A DNA stretch of 48,003 nucleotides, taken from the sequence record DRR723986_15922; one strand, given 5' to 3'. Position numbers and translations under genes: made by a program. The notes beneath the pieces are model-generated. The model was not told the origin of the DNA. It worked only from the letters and a program-made list of their open reading frames with translations, and did no database searches. This document shows positions 1 through 15,139 of the stretch, one piece after another; the first letter of the stretch is position 1, and every line of letters begins with the position of its first letter.

Positions 1-1
1 G

Positions 2-3000
2 GTGGGGCCAAACGGCTGTGGCAAATCCAACATTATCGACGCCGTGCGCTGGGTGCTTGGTGAATCCAAGGCATCGGAGTTGCGTGGTGAGTCAATGCAA
101 GACGTGATCTTCAATGGTTCGACCAACCGCAAGGCAGCCTCACGCGCCAGCGTCGAATTGGTGTTCGACAACACTGAAGGGCGGGCCGGTGGCAGCTGGA
201 ACCAATATTCGGAAATATCAGTGAAACGCGTGTTGACACGCGATGGCGCCTCAACTTACTACATTAATCAGCAGGCTGTTCGCCGCCGCGATGTTCAGGA
301 TATTTTCCTGGGTACCGGTCTAGGGCCACGTGCTTACGCGATTATTGGACAAGGCATGATTGCCCGAATTATTGAAGCGCGCCCGGAAGAGCTGCGAATT
401 TTTCTGGAAGAAGCTGCGGGGGTGTCCAAGTACAAGGAACGACGCAGGGAAACAGGCAATCGCTTGGCAGATACGCGCGACAACCTCACCCGTATCGAAG
501 ACATTCTTCGCGAATTGACCAGTCAGATTGAGCGATTGGAGCAGCAGGCTACGGTTGCCCGCCAATTCAAAGAACTTGAAGAGGCTAAAAACACCAAGCA
601 GCGTCTGCTGTGGTACATCCGGTATTCGGAGGCACTGGAGCAGAAAAATACCGGTCAGGCCAAACTTGAACGCGCCAAGGCCGACCTTGAAGCCATTCAA
701 AGCAGGTCCATCAGCACACAAACAGAGCTTTTTGCGGTGCGTGAAAGGCAGGTGGATGCCCAGCAACAGCTGGAGAACGACCAAACACAATGGATAGAAG
801 CCAACCGCCAGGTTAGCCGTCTCGAAGCAGATTTGCGTGTCATGGCTGAATCGCGTGCCCGTTTGGGCGCCAGAGTGGCCGAGCTTGAACTTGAAATTCA
901 AAATTGGACTGTACGACAGGAAGATGCCAAGGCTCGGTTGGAAGAGCTCAGCGGATCCACTGAGGAAATGCAAGCCGAGCTTGAAGAGCGGATCATAGCC
1001 CTCGAAGAGGCTGAGCTCGCAGTGGAACCGGTCGAGCAGGCCCTGCAGGCTGCGCGCTCCGCAGTGGACCAAGAGCGCGCTGGTGTCATGCAGATTCAGC
1101 AGGCACTGAGTCAGGTGTCTTCTCAACAAGAATCGGCGAGCCGTGCTGAAAGCACCATTCAAGTGAAGCTGGACAGGCTTGAAAGTGAAAAACTACAAAT
1201 CGCAGCACCCTCTGCACATGAAATGGATGAGGTTCAATCCCGAGTTCGGTCACTTGAGCGCGAACTTGGCGATGCTGCGGGAAATCTCAATGAACTTGAG
1301 AATAAATTGGCAGCGGGTAGTGCTGAACTTGACCATGTTCAAGCCGCGTTCAATAACGAACGGGACAAACACGCCAACGCACAGGCCCAATTGCAAGCCT
1401 TGGAAAAATTGAATGAGCAACTTGCAGAAAGTGCAGAGTTAAAGCCTTGGATTGAAAGCAGTGGACTCAGCGACACCCCTCGTCTTTTGGGAAAGCTTCA
1501 GGTCGAACGCGGCTGGGAAAGAGCACTTGAATCGGCGTTACGTGAATCGTTGGACAGTTTTCAGGTGCGAACTCTTGACATGGTTGAGGGCTTTGCCAAA
1601 CAACCACCTCCTGCGCGCGTCGCTTTCATGGAATCAATGAGTCAGGGTGGCAACTCGCACCTTTCTGTTGGACCCGAAGACCTGGCCAGTTTGGTGCGCA
1701 GTCCAGACTCGGCCATCCAGCAGTCCTTGATCCAATCATTGGCCGGTTACCTACTGGCGCCCGATTTACAAGCTGCGCTGGCAAAAAGGAAAAACCTGAA
1801 GCCAGGACAAAAGGTATTCACCCCTCAAGGACATTGTGTCAGTGCAACAGGTGTGTCTTTCTACGCCGCCGACAATGCTCAAAGCGGACGGCTTGAGCGA
1901 CAACAGCAAATCGAAGCCTTGCGTACTGAAGTTCGTGCACTCGATATGCTAAAGAATGAATCGATGGCCAAGCGGGACCAGTTGCAATTACGGACCGGGG
2001 AGATCAAAGCCAATGTGGTTCAGGCGAGAAATCTCGTTGAAAGTTTGACCAAGAGACAGCACGAAGCGCAAGTACAACTGATTCGCCTGCAGGAACAGCA
2101 AAGTAGAGCAGACAGTCGCCGAGAACAAATTGGGCTGGACTTGGCGTTGTTGCAGAGTGAACTTGAGGAACAACGGGCCATTTTGCTGGAGTCAGAGGAC
2201 AAATATGCAGAGTTGGATGAGCAGCTTGCGGTGGCCAGTGATGCGCTGGAAAGCCGAAAAGACAAAGTAACCGAGGCGGAGCAAGCGCTTCGTGACAAAC
2301 AGGCGCAAGTGCAAAATGCGCTGCGCAGAAAGCAGGACGCTGAATTCAACATTCGCAACCAGGAATCACGCCAACGTGAATGTGAGCGAGACATCGCTTT
2401 TGCCAGCAGTCAAATTCAGCAAATTCAACAACGCAAACAACTGGCACTGGCGGAACTTGAGGGACTTTCAGAAACTGAAGGCCAAGAAGCGCTGCAAGCC
2501 GCCCTGGAAGAACGGGTAATCGCTGAAGAAAAGGTAGCGGTCTCCCGCGACGCGCTCGAACAGATTATGGCCAAGGTTTCCGAGCTCGAGCGTGCCGAGA
2601 AAGAGAGTGACAAGCTGGCAGATCCTCTGCGTGACGCGGTCCAAGATCTTGCATTGAAAATTCAGGCTGCAGAACTCACCATTGAACAGTACAAAAATTT
2701 GATGGATGAAGTACAGGCTGATGTAAACGAATTGGCCCACCAGTTCGTTGCCATGGAGGTGCCTCCCAAAGCATCGGTTCTCCAGGCTGAGGTCACCCGT
2801 CTTACCAATGGCATGCAAGAGTTGGGGGCAGTTAACCTGGCTGCGTTGGACGAATTGGCGGCGGCAACAGAGAGAAAGTCATTCCTTGATCAACAGGCTG
2901 CCGACCTGATGGAGGCGATGGAAACCCTTGAGGATGCAATTCGCAAAATTGACAAGGAAACACGTGATCTTCTTTCTGAAACCTTCGGTGTGGTTAACGG

Positions 3001-3438
3001 ACACTTCTCACGCCTGTTCCCCAAACTATTTGGTGGGGGTGAGGCTCGACTGGTCATGACTGGCGATGAAATTCTTGATGCTGGCGTGCAAGTATTCGCC
3101 CAACCTCCAGGCAAGAAAAACGGCACTATTCACCTGTTATCCGGCGGCGAAAAGGCCCTGACGGCCACTGCGCTCGTTTTCGCGATCTTTGAACTCAACC
3201 CCGCACCGTTCTGCCTGCTCGACGAGGTCGATGCTCCGCTGGACGATGCAAACACCGAGCGCTTCACTCGCTTGGTCAAACAAATGTCTGAACAAACTCA
3301 GTTTTTGTTCATTTCCCACAATAAAATCGCTATGGAAATGGCGCAGCAGTTGATTGGCGTCACAATGCAGGAGAAAGGAGTTTCCCGCATTGTGGCTGTG
3401 GATCTAGCGGCTGCAGAAAAAATGGCAACGGAAACCGT

Positions 3439-3442
<4 letters not shown>
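2..3442 (+). CDS. smc: Chromosome segregation protein SMC (5'-truncated by the window edge)
   Basis: Walker A GPNGCGKSN at the very start, long coiled coils around a hinge, C-terminal signature LSGGEK and Walker B LLDEVDAPLD; the GTG at 2 is an internal Val. Confidence 0.97.
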
Positions 3443-6590
<3,148 letters not shown>

Positions 6591-6663
6591 GCTGTGGAAC
6601 TGAACTGAAACTATCGCGTTTATTTGTATTATTTTCCTTTCGAAGACTATGGAGTGACTGGCC

Positions 6664-7539
6664 ATGACCCGAGTTAGAAAAGCTGTGTTTCCTGTTGCGG
6701 GTATGGGTACCCGATTTCTGCCTGCCACCAAAGCAAGCCCCAAAGAAATGATGCCGGTGGTCGACAAACCGCTGATTCAATATGCAGTCGAAGAAGCACT
6801 TGAGGCAGGTTTGAGCGAGCTTGTGTTCATCACAGGTCGAAGCAAGCGCTCAATTGAGGATCATTTCGACAAGGCCTATGAACTCGAAGCAGAATTGCAA
6901 GCTCGTGGCAAAACGGCGTTGCTTGAAATTGTAAAAAATATCGTACCTAGCCATGTAAATTGCATTTACATTCGTCAAATGGAGCCTTTGGGACTTGGTC
7001 ACGCGGTGCTTTGTGCAGAGCCCGTAGTGGGCACTGAACCCTTTGCTGTGCTGTTGGCTGACGACCTGATGGATGTGGACAAAGGCACCCCCTCGGTGAC
7101 TCACCAAATGGTGAAAGTCTTCGAGCGCGAACACGCCAGTGTATTGGCCGTTCAAGAAGTGGATCCTGCTGAAACCAAGTCCTACGGCATTGTGTCAAGC
7201 ACCCCCTGGAACAATCGTTCCGAACGGGTGAATGCAATTGTGGAAAAGCCAGACCCCAAAGATGCACCAACCAATCTCGCTGTGGTAGGTCGCTATGTGC
7301 TGAATTCTCAAATTTTTGATCACATTCGAAAAACGGGTAAAGGTGCTGGCGGAGAAATACAGTTGACGGACGGTATCGCCTCACTGCTTGAAGACCAACC
7401 GGTATTGGCCTATCGATTCACGGGAACACGCTTCGATTGTGGTTCAAAAATGGGTTACCTGAAGGCGACTGTGGAACTTGGCCTTAAGCATCATGAAGTC
7501 GCGGCAGAGTTCGCTCAATACCTTAAAGACAGGAAATAA
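6664..7539 (+). CDS. galU: UTP--glucose-1-phosphate uridylyltransferase
   Basis: [43 protein letters not shown]. Confidence 0.97.
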   Translation: MTRVRKAVFPVAGMGTRFLPATKASPKEMMPVVDKPLIQYAVEEALEAGLSELVFITGRSKRSIEDHFDKAYELEAELQARGKTALLEIVKNIVPSHVNCIYIRQMEPLGLGHAVLCAEPVVGTEPFAVLLADDLMDVDKGTPSVTHQMVKVFEREHASVLAVQEVDPAETKSYGIVSSTPWNNRSERVNAIVEKPDPKDAPTNLAVVGRYVLNSQIFDHIRKTGKGAGGEIQLTDGIASLLEDQPVLAYRFTGTRFDCGSKMGYLKATVELGLKHHEVAAEFAQYLKDRK

Positions 7540-7542
7540 AAC

Positions 7543-8289
7543 ATGTACGCAGTGTTGGGTGGAAGTGGCTTAAGCCAATTGCCTGGTTTTGAAATCACCA
7601 TGCGAAAGGTTCAGCGCACACCTTATGGCGAACCATCCGGTGCGCTTACGATCGGTATTCTGGCCGGTCATGAAATTGTGTTTCTCGCACGCCATGGTTA
7701 TGGGCACACCATCGCTCCGCATCAAATCAACTACAGAGCCAATATTTGGGCTTTGTCCCAGTTGAATATTGACGGTATTTTGTCAGTGGCTTCAGTGGGT
7801 GGTATTCGCCCAGATTTAAAACCTGGGCAGTTGGTGGTCCCTGATCAAATCCTCGACTATACGCACGGGCGTAGCTCTACTTTTTTCGAAGGCGACAATC
7901 AAGCTGTTCAACACATCGACTTTACGTGGCCGTACGATCAGGCGCTGCGAACATCCTTGTGTCTTGCTGCTGACTCTGTAGGCGAGCAAGTGGTGCAGGG
8001 CGGTTGTTACGCCTGTACCCAAGGCCCTCGCCTTGAAACTGCAGCGGAAGTAAGGCGTTTGGCGCGCGATGGCGCGGACATTGTGGGCATGACCGGCATG
8101 CCTGAGGCCAGTCTGGCCCGTGAACTTGAAATACCATATGCACATCTCACTTTGGTGGTTAACCAGGCTGCAGGCGTAGGTGAAAGTGCACAAGAGATTT
8201 CTCATGCCCAAATCAGCAAGACGGTACACGAGGGGATGGGCCGGGTCATGGGAATCATCAAATCGATGGTACAACTGCACGATGAATAA
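7543..8289 (+). CDS. mtnP: S-methyl-5'-thioinosine/methylthioadenosine phosphorylase (PNP/MTAP family)
   Basis: GGSG, RHG..H...PH.INYRAN, QGPRLETAAE, VGMTGMPE, VVNQAAG. Confidence 0.9.
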   Translation: MYAVLGGSGLSQLPGFEITMRKVQRTPYGEPSGALTIGILAGHEIVFLARHGYGHTIAPHQINYRANIWALSQLNIDGILSVASVGGIRPDLKPGQLVVPDQILDYTHGRSSTFFEGDNQAVQHIDFTWPYDQALRTSLCLAADSVGEQVVQGGCYACTQGPRLETAAEVRRLARDGADIVGMTGMPEASLARELEIPYAHLTLVVNQAAGVGESAQEISHAQISKTVHEGMGRVMGIIKSMVQLHDE

Positions 8290-8320
8290 AGGGGCAGGGT
8301 GTTCTGTCTACCCCTTCATC
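8281..8320. terminator. Imperfect hairpin between convergent mtnP and glnD (possible bidirectional terminator)
   Basis: gatgaa..aagggg ... ccccttcatc inverted repeat at the convergent junction; no strong U-tract. Confidence 0.4.
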
Positions 8321-8324
8321 AGTC

Positions 8325-10934
8325 TCAAATTGAAAGTAATTCCAGGAGATCTGCTTCCAATTGAATTTGAAGTTTTCCCGAACTCAGAGACTGCCCATAC
8401 AACAAGAAAGTATCTTCAGCCCGTTCACCCAATGTCATGATTTTGGCAGTTTGTACATTGACCTTGTATTGGGCCAGCAGGCGCGTAATGGAGTAAAGCA
8501 GGCCAGTGCGGTCTGTGGCTGATACTGTCAACAAATATTGATTGCCTTTTTCATCCGGCTTTAGGTCCACCGAGGGGCGTACCGGAAAATGTCGGGATTG
8601 CCTGGACATTCTTCCGAAGACCGGTGGTTCAAGTGGTTGACGCTTGATCAGCCTGTCTTGAAGTTCCGCCTCCAACAGCGACAGGGTTTCACGGTAAAAC
8701 TCATTGTGGCTGTCGTGTTGAATCAGAAAAGAATCCAAAGCATAGCCATGAGAAGTGGTATGAATTTTTGCATCCAGAATACTGAGATTTTTGGAATCAA
8801 AGTATCCGCAAATGCGTGCAAACAAGTCCATCTCGTCCCGGGTATAAACCATCAACTCCAAGCCTTCCCCAATAGGCGACAGGCGAGCCTTGACGATGGG
8901 CTGCTCTGCATCCACTCGCCAATACAAATGCCTTGTGTGCCAGGCAATGTCGCTGGGTCCTTGCCGAAGAAAATACGACACATCGAGCTGCGCCCACAGT
9001 TTGTCCTGAACGTCATCTGAGAGTGCGTACAACCGAAGGATTCGGCGTGCCTCCGCCTGTTGTTCTGCGAGCATTTGTCGATGATTGGGTGCCTCACCTC
9101 CCAAATACTTCAATGTCAGACGGTAAAGGTCCTCCAGCAGTTTACCCTTCCATGCATTCCAAACCTTTGGACTGGTGCCGCGGATATCGGCCACTGTCAG
9201 CAAGTACAGGGCCGTCAAATTGCGTGGAGTTTTCACCAGCGCTGCAAACTCTTTCAGTACTTCCACATCCGAAAGGTCTTTTTTCTGGGCGGTGTTTGAC
9301 ATCGTCAAATGATGCTTCACCAGAAAAGCAACCAGGTCTGTGTTCTCCTGATTCAATCCATGGTCTTTACAAAACTTGCGAGCATCCACCTCACCCAAAA
9401 CACTGTGATCGCCGCCCCGGCCTTTGGCCACATCATGAAACAAAGCAGCAATGTACAAAAGCCAATGATCATCGAAATTGGCCATCAATTGACTGCAATA
9501 CGGGTACTCGTGGGCATGTTCAGCCATCGTAAATCGGCGCAAATTACGCACGACTGTCAAAATATGCTGGTCTACCGTGTAGACGTGAAACAAGTCATGC
9601 TGCATTTGCCCCACAATTTTCCGGAACACGGGTAGATATCTACCCAGCACGCTGGTCTCGTTCATACGCCGCAATTCGTGAACGATGCCCTGTGGTTGCT
9701 TGAAAAACTCGATAAACAACGCTTTGTTGACCGGGTTTTTTCTGAAATCGCTGTTGATTTTGACTCTGCTGTGCCACAACTGGCGCAACATTCTTGCACT
9801 CATACCCTTTAACCGGGGGTTCTGCTGCATCACGATGAAGGCGCGAAGCATCGCCGACGGGTTATTGGCAAACACGTCGTCATTTCTGATGTCCAGCAAG
9901 GAATCTGTTTCCTGGAACTCATCGTCGATTACCACAGGCTCAGCGTTGGCTCCGAAAATCGACAACTCGATGTTTTGAAGCAATATAGTGTTGAGTTGCA
10001 TGACTGCCTTGGCAGCCAAATAATACTGTTGCATTAGTTGTTCACTTGAACGTTTCGCAGCAGTAGGGCGGTAACCCAAAGACTCGGCCAACTGGGTTTG
10101 CACATCATAGACAAGCCTGTCTTCCCGGCGACCAGTGGTGACATGTAACTGATATCGGATTTTCTTGAGCGTTCTCTCGTTGTTTCTCAGCTTCGCCGCT
10201 TCAAATGGAGTGATCAAGCCCTTCTTGGCCATTTCAGCCCAGCTGTTGCCCAGATTGGCCGCCCGACATACCCACAATATGACGTGAAGGTCTCGAAGGC
10301 CTCCCGGGCTTTCTTTGCAGTTGGGTTCCAGGCTGTAGGGGGTTTCCTGGTATTTGGCATGGCGCTGCCTGAGTTCCAGGGTTTTCTTGCGGAAGAAGGT
10401 TTTTACCTCAAGTAACCTCTTAAGACTAGCGGATAGTGATTTGAAATTCTGCCTGTTTCCTACGAGCAGTCGAGATTCAACCAGTGCTGTTTGAACCGTA
10501 ATGTCCTTGCTGGCCTCTTCGATACATTGGTCGGGTGTTCTAACGCTATGTCCAATTTCAAGACCAATATCCCAACCAGAGCCACAAAAAGTCTCCAGCT
10601 TTTCCGTGTTCACCTCGTTGGGCTCCTGATCAATCAGGATCAACACGTCCACATCTGAGAAGGGAAACAGTTCACCTCGGCCGTAGCCACCCACAGCGAC
10701 CAAGCTGTATTCCTCTGGCATTTCAAGCGACTGCCACAAAGACACCAAAGCCTCATCCACAGAAATACAGCGTTTTTTCAGCACTGATTCAACAGCAGAG
10801 GCGGGTGTATTTTGGTCAAACGGAGTAAGCCAGTGATGTGCCTGGCTTTTTAATTGGGTTTTGATGCGGATCCGTACCGCATTGAGGTCGGGCGCGGCTG
10901 AATCATTGGCCGCAATCACTGGTTTGTTGCTCAA
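8325..10934 (-). CDS. glnD: [Protein-PII] uridylyltransferase/uridylyl-removing enzyme
   Basis: NTase motif AVGGYGRGELFPFSDVD, KESPGGLRD, HD motif (HVYTVDQH, LFHDVAKGRGGDH), two C-terminal ACT domains; TTG start 1 nt after map stop. Confidence 0.96.
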   Translation of the reverse strand: MSNKPVIAANDSAAPDLNAVRIRIKTQLKSQAHHWLTPFDQNTPASAVESVLKKRCISVDEALVSLWQSLEMPEEYSLVAVGGYGRGELFPFSDVDVLILIDQEPNEVNTEKLETFCGSGWDIGLEIGHSVRTPDQCIEEASKDITVQTALVESRLLVGNRQNFKSLSASLKRLLEVKTFFRKKTLELRQRHAKYQETPYSLEPNCKESPGGLRDLHVILWVCRAANLGNSWAEMAKKGLITPFEAAKLRNNERTLKKIRYQLHVTTGRREDRLVYDVQTQLAESLGYRPTAAKRSSEQLMQQYYLAAKAVMQLNTILLQNIELSIFGANAEPVVIDDEFQETDSLLDIRNDDVFANNPSAMLRAFIVMQQNPRLKGMSARMLRQLWHSRVKINSDFRKNPVNKALFIEFFKQPQGIVHELRRMNETSVLGRYLPVFRKIVGQMQHDLFHVYTVDQHILTVVRNLRRFTMAEHAHEYPYCSQLMANFDDHWLLYIAALFHDVAKGRGGDHSVLGEVDARKFCKDHGLNQENTDLVAFLVKHHLTMSNTAQKKDLSDVEVLKEFAALVKTPRNLTALYLLTVADIRGTSPKVWNAWKGKLLEDLYRLTLKYLGGEAPNHRQMLAEQQAEARRILRLYALSDDVQDKLWAQLDVSYFLRQGPSDIAWHTRHLYWRVDAEQPIVKARLSPIGEGLELMVYTRDEMDLFARICGYFDSKNLSILDAKIHTTSHGYALDSFLIQHDSHNEFYRETLSLLEAELQDRLIKRQPLEPPVFGRMSRQSRHFPVRPSVDLKPDEKGNQYLLTVSATDRTGLLYSITRLLAQYKVNVQTAKIMTLGERAEDTFLLYGQSLSSGKLQIQLEADLLELLSI

Positions 10935-10935
10935 A

Positions 10936-11745
10936 TCAAGCTGCCTGTGTTTTCAAACGAGGGTTTGCCGGAGTGCCTGCCGACTGAGTCAGAATCTCAT
11001 AGCCATCCGCTGTGACCAGCACCGTGTGCTCCCACTGTGCCGACAAACTGTGGTCTTTGGTCACAATGGTCCAGCCATCCGGCATTTCCTTGATCTCCCG
11101 GCGGCCCGCATTCAGCATGGGTTCGATGGTGAAAATCATGCCTTCTTGCAACCTCACTCCCGTGCCAGGCTTGCCATAGTGCAGCACCTGTGGTTCTTCA
11201 TGAAACTTGGTGCCAATGCCATGGCCACAAAATTCCCGAACTACCGAGTAGCCGAAGCCCTCCGCAAATTTCTGAATCGCAGCGCCAACGTCACCCAAGG
11301 TTGCGCCTGGTCGCACTTGTTCAATACCAATCCACATGGCTTCGAAGGTAATTTCACACAATCTTCTCGCGGCAAGCGAGCCTTCGCCCACGATAAACAT
11401 GCGACTGGTGTCACCGTGATAACCGTCTTTGATGACTGTGATATCGATATTGATAATGTCGCCGTTCTTCAGCTTTTTAGGGCCGGGTACTCCGTGACAA
11501 ATTTGATGGTTGACCGATGTACAAATTGATTTGGGGTAGGGCGTGTAGCCCGGTGGCGCATAATTCAACGGGGCGGGTATGGTCCCCTGTACATTGACCA
11601 TGTAATCGTGGCAAAGCCTATCGAGTTCTTCGGTGGTAATGCCTGCCACCACGTGTGGACCGATAAAATCCAGCACTTCTGAGGCCAATCGGCCAGCAAC
11701 ACGCATTTTTTCAATGTCGTGCTCGTTTTTAATCACAATATCCAT
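10936..11745 (-). CDS. map: Methionine aminopeptidase type I
   Basis: CTSVNHQICHGVP, DGYHGDTSRM, GHGIG..FHEEP, TIEPM, SAQWEHT. Confidence 0.98.
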   Translation of the reverse strand: MDIVIKNEHDIEKMRVAGRLASEVLDFIGPHVVAGITTEELDRLCHDYMVNVQGTIPAPLNYAPPGYTPYPKSICTSVNHQICHGVPGPKKLKNGDIINIDITVIKDGYHGDTSRMFIVGEGSLAARRLCEITFEAMWIGIEQVRPGATLGDVGAAIQKFAEGFGYSVVREFCGHGIGTKFHEEPQVLHYGKPGTGVRLQEGMIFTIEPMLNAGRREIKEMPDGWTIVTKDHSLSAQWEHTVLVTADGYEILTQSAGTPANPRLKTQAA

Positions 11746-11764
11746 GGTTTTGTTTAATTCCTGC

Positions 11765-11794
11765 TTGAGCTAACGTATTTTAACCGAGTATAAT
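11765..11794 (+). promoter_or_regulatory. Putative sigma70 promoter of rpsB-tsf
   Basis: TTGAGC (11765-11770), 18-nt spacer, TATAAT (11789-11794), followed by GC-rich discriminator-like ctcgggc. Confidence 0.65.
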
Positions 11795-11799
11795 CTCGG

Positions 11800-11952
11800 G
11801 CTGCTCTGGCGCTATGGCTAACTGGCTTGGTTAGTTGACGCTCAAGAGTAAATTTAATGGTTTGTGCGACAGGGTGCTAGTTTTTGTTGGTTTTTAAACC
11901 CAGTGCTGGCCCAGTACAAACCCATTCAACCCTGTCTATACTGGAGAAATTC
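11800..11952 (+). ncRNA. rpsB 5' leader (t44-like S2 autoregulatory element)
   Basis: Long structured UTR before rpsB; GACAGGGT (11868-11875) pairs with ACCCTGTC (11929-11936); upstream hairpin ggctaac/gttagtt; position matches the known t44 leader. Confidence 0.6.
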
Positions 11953-12708
11953 ATGGCAGCATCAATGCGCGAAATGCTGGAAGCTGGTTGCCACTTTGGC
12001 CACCAAACTCGCTTCTGGAACCCAAAAATGGCCCCATACATTTACGGCCATCGTAACAAAATCCACATTATCAACCTGGAAAAAACCGTCGTAATGCTCG
12101 ACGATGCGCTGAAATTCGTGAAGCGCCTGTCAGCCAATCGCGGCAACATCCTGTTTGTATGCACCAAGCGTCAAGCCAAAGAAATCATCGCTGAAGAAGC
12201 ACAGCGTTGTGGCATGCCCTATGTTGACCAGCGTTGGCTGGGCGGTATGTTGACCAACTTCAAAACCGTAAAAACATCGATCAAGCGCCTGAAAGACATG
12301 GAAGCGATCATCGCTGACGGTGGCACAGAGCGCATGTCCAAAAAAGAAGCGCTGATGTTCGCCCGTGAACTCGAAAAGCTGAACCAGTCAATCGGTGGCA
12401 TCAAAGACATGCCCACTTTGCCTGACGCAATTTTCGTGTGCGACGTCGGATATCACAAGATTGCAATTACCGAAGCCGAAAAGCTTGGCATTCCGGTAGT
12501 GGGTGTTGTGGACACCAACCACTCACCAGCAGGCGTTAGCTACATTGTTCCCGGCAACGATGACTCTGCCCGCGCCATTCGTTTGTACGCCCGTTCCGTA
12601 GCTGATGCCGTATTGGCAGGCCGCGACCAGGCTGTAAATGATGTGGTTGAAGCCATTAAAGGCGGCGACGACTTCGTTGAAGTGTCTGAAGAGGGAGCCG
12701 AAGGCTAA
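11953..12708 (+). CDS. rpsB: 30S ribosomal protein S2
   Basis: [44 protein letters not shown] 11953 after GGAGA SD (ORF-track start 11884 is too far upstream). Confidence 0.98.
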   Translation: MAASMREMLEAGCHFGHQTRFWNPKMAPYIYGHRNKIHIINLEKTVVMLDDALKFVKRLSANRGNILFVCTKRQAKEIIAEEAQRCGMPYVDQRWLGGMLTNFKTVKTSIKRLKDMEAIIADGGTERMSKKEALMFARELEKLNQSIGGIKDMPTLPDAIFVCDVGYHKIAITEAEKLGIPVVGVVDTNHSPAGVSYIVPGNDDSARAIRLYARSVADAVLAGRDQAVNDVVEAIKGGDDFVEVSEEGAEG

Positions 12709-12728
12709 TTTGGCCTTTGCCTTCCGAT

Positions 12729-12754
12729 GGGGCGATCAATCGCCCCTTTTTTTT
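12729..12754 (+). terminator. Intrinsic terminator/attenuator between rpsB and tsf
   Basis: ggggcgat-ca-atcgcccc followed by T8. Confidence 0.85.
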
Positions 12755-12788
12755 GTCTAATTCAGAATTCGACTTAAGGAGAAATTCA

Positions 12789-13679
12789 ATGGCTGAAATT
12801 ACAGCAGCAATGGTTAAAGTACTGCGCGAGAAAACAGACGCGCCCATGATGGAATGCAAGAAAGCACTGACTGAAGCCGCCGGCGACATGGACAAGGCCG
12901 AAGAAATTTTGCGCGTCAAACTTGGCAGCAAAGCCAGCAAGGCAGCCACCCGCGTAACAGCTGAAGGCCTGATCGGTATTTATATAAATGATTCCAATAA
13001 GTTGGGAACAATTGTAGAAGTTAACTGTGAAACTGACTTCGTGGCCAAGAACGATGACTTCCTGGCCTTCGTGGCCAATGTAGCGAAGTTGATTGCTGAC
13101 CACAACCCAGCCAATGTTGAAGCACTATCTGCCTTGCCTTTGGGTGACGGTACTGTTGAAACCGTTCGCTCCGCTTTGATCGGCAAGATCGGCGAAAACA
13201 TGTCTGTGCGCCGATTCAAACGCGTGGAAGCCAAAGGCAGCCTGAGTTCATACATCCACGGCGGCAAAATTGGCGTGCTGGTTGATTACACCGGCTCCGA
13301 TGAAAACGTGGGCAAAGACGTCGCCCTGCACATTGCGGCGACAAAGCCCAAGGCCTTGCATGAAAGTGGCGTACCTCAGGAAGACATCGACCGTGAGCGC
13401 TCTGTGGCCAAGGCCAAAGCGGAAGAATCCGGCAAGCCGGCCGATATCGCCGAGAAGATGGTTGAGGGTTCTATCAAGAAGTTCTTGAAGGAAGTCGCAC
13501 TGTTGTCTCAGCCTTTTGTGAAAGACGACAAGCTGACTGTTGAAGCCATGCTGAAGAGCAAGGGTAGCGAAGTCAACGGCTTTGATCTGTTCATCGTCGG
13601 TGAAGGCATTGAAAAGAAGGTCAACGATTTCGCCGCTGAAGTTGCCGCACAAGCTGCTGCCGCTGCCGCTGGCCGTTAA
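12789..13679 (+). CDS. tsf: Elongation factor Ts
   Basis: [41 protein letters not shown] 12789 after AAGGAG. Confidence 0.98.
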   Translation: MAEITAAMVKVLREKTDAPMMECKKALTEAAGDMDKAEEILRVKLGSKASKAATRVTAEGLIGIYINDSNKLGTIVEVNCETDFVAKNDDFLAFVANVAKLIADHNPANVEALSALPLGDGTVETVRSALIGKIGENMSVRRFKRVEAKGSLSSYIHGGKIGVLVDYTGSDENVGKDVALHIAATKPKALHESGVPQEDIDRERSVAKAKAEESGKPADIAEKMVEGSIKKFLKEVALLSQPFVKDDKLTVEAMLKSKGSEVNGFDLFIVGEGIEKKVNDFAAEVAAQAAAAAAGR

Positions 13680-13694
13680 TTCCTTTGCGTGAAG

Positions 13695-13725
13695 AGGGGT
13701 TTCTCGATACGGGAAACCCCTTTTT
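13695..13725 (+). terminator. Intrinsic terminator after tsf
   Basis: ggggtttctcg-ata-cgggaaacccc followed by T5. Confidence 0.85.
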
Positions 13726-13794
13726 ATTTATACGCCTACGAAGTTTTGTACTTTACGTTATAGAATCCTGACAGTGATCCAATAAGAGGCTTGA

Positions 13795-14505
13795 ATGACA
13801 GCATACAAACGTGTGTTACTCAAATTGTCAGGCGAAGCCCTGATGGGCGAAGACTCCTACGGCATCAACCGTCAAACCATTGAAAGAATGGTTGCTGAAG
13901 TTGCAGAAGTCTCCGCATCAGGAGTGGAATTGGCAGTTGTTATCGGTGGTGGCAATATTTTCCGAGGAATTGCCCCTGGCGCCGCGGGCATGGACAGGGC
14001 TACGGCGGATTACATGGGCATGATGGCCACCGTGATGAATGCATTGGCATTGCAGGACGCGTTCCGGCGTGCAGGAGTTGAAGCAAGGGTGCAGTCAGCG
14101 CTCAACATTGAGCAGGTTGTTGAACCCTACATTCGTCCCAAGGCAATTCGCTATCTCGAAGAAGGCAAGGTCGTCATATTCGCAGCGGGAACCGGAAACC
14201 CATTTTTTACAACCGACACGGCAGCGGCATTGAGAGGTTCTGAAATTGGTGCAGAGGTGGTGCTAAAGGCCACCAAAGTTGACGGAATCTATACCGCGGA
14301 TCCCAACAAAGATCCAACGGCCACCCGGTATGAAAGAATTTCGTTCAATGAAGCCATTTCAAAAAACCTCGAGGTCATGGATGCAACGGCTTTCGCCCTG
14401 TGTCGAGACCAAAAACTCCCGATTCGGGTATTTTCCATCAACAAACCGGGTGCGTTGCACCGCGCGGTTGCAGGTGAAAACGAGGGCACCTTGGTGCACA
14501 TGTAA
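13795..14505 (+). CDS. pyrH: UMP kinase
   Basis: [44 protein letters not shown] -10-like at 13761. Confidence 0.98.
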   Translation: MTAYKRVLLKLSGEALMGEDSYGINRQTIERMVAEVAEVSASGVELAVVIGGGNIFRGIAPGAAGMDRATADYMGMMATVMNALALQDAFRRAGVEARVQSALNIEQVVEPYIRPKAIRYLEEGKVVIFAAGTGNPFFTTDTAAALRGSEIGAEVVLKATKVDGIYTADPNKDPTATRYERISFNEAISKNLEVMDATAFALCRDQKLPIRVFSINKPGALHRAVAGENEGTLVHM

Positions 14506-14571
14506 CTAACTGACCACTCAATCGACTGATTAATCTTCTAATTAATCCACTAAGGCAGTGAGAATTCAATC

Positions 14572-15132
14572 ATGAGCGTTGCAAACATTCGTAAAACGAC
14601 TGAAGAAAAAATGGTGAAATCCATTGAATCCCTGAAAACCGATTTGCAGAAAGTACGCACTGGGCGCGCCCATACCGGTATTCTGGATCATGTTCAAGTT
14701 GATTACTATGGTTCCATGGTGCCCATATCACAGGTTGCCAACCTGAGCCTGGCCGATGCCAGGACCATCGTGGTTCAGCCTTGGGAAAAAAATATGGCCA
14801 ATGCCGTCGAAAAGGCAATTCGTGAATCGGATCTCGGTTTGAACCCGGCATCGATGGGTGAAACCATTCGCGTTCCCATGCCCGCACTGACCGAAGAGCG
14901 ACGCAGGGAACTCACCAAATTCATCAAAGGGGAAGGCGAGCAAACCAAGGTGGCGATTCGCAACCTCCGTCGCGACGCCAATGAAGCACTGAAACGCTTG
15001 GTTAGCGACAAGGAGATTTCTGAGGATGACGAGCGCCGCGCTCAGGCGGATATTCAAAAATTGACCGACAAGTTTGTGTCTGAAGTCGATCAGGTTTTGC
15101 AGTCCAAAGAAGCTGAAATCATGACGGTTTAA
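14572..15132 (+). CDS. frr: Ribosome recycling factor
   Basis: [29 protein letters not shown]. Confidence 0.98.
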   Translation: MSVANIRKTTEEKMVKSIESLKTDLQKVRTGRAHTGILDHVQVDYYGSMVPISQVANLSLADARTIVVQPWEKNMANAVEKAIRESDLGLNPASMGETIRVPMPALTEERRRELTKFIKGEGEQTKVAIRNLRRDANEALKRLVSDKEISEDDERRAQADIQKLTDKFVSEVDQVLQSKEAEIMTV

Positions 15133-15139
15133 GTCGTTC

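Noticed and set aside
320-1162. 280-aa antisense ORF in smc, and similar ones opposite map, lpxA and the SPFH gene
   Set aside because: Fully overlap well-supported genes on the other strand
11884-11952. N-terminal extensions of RpsB, and likewise Tsf (12717-12788), in the ORF track
   Set aside because: SD-supported ATGs at 11953 and 12789 match the family N-termini; the extensions cross leader or terminator structures
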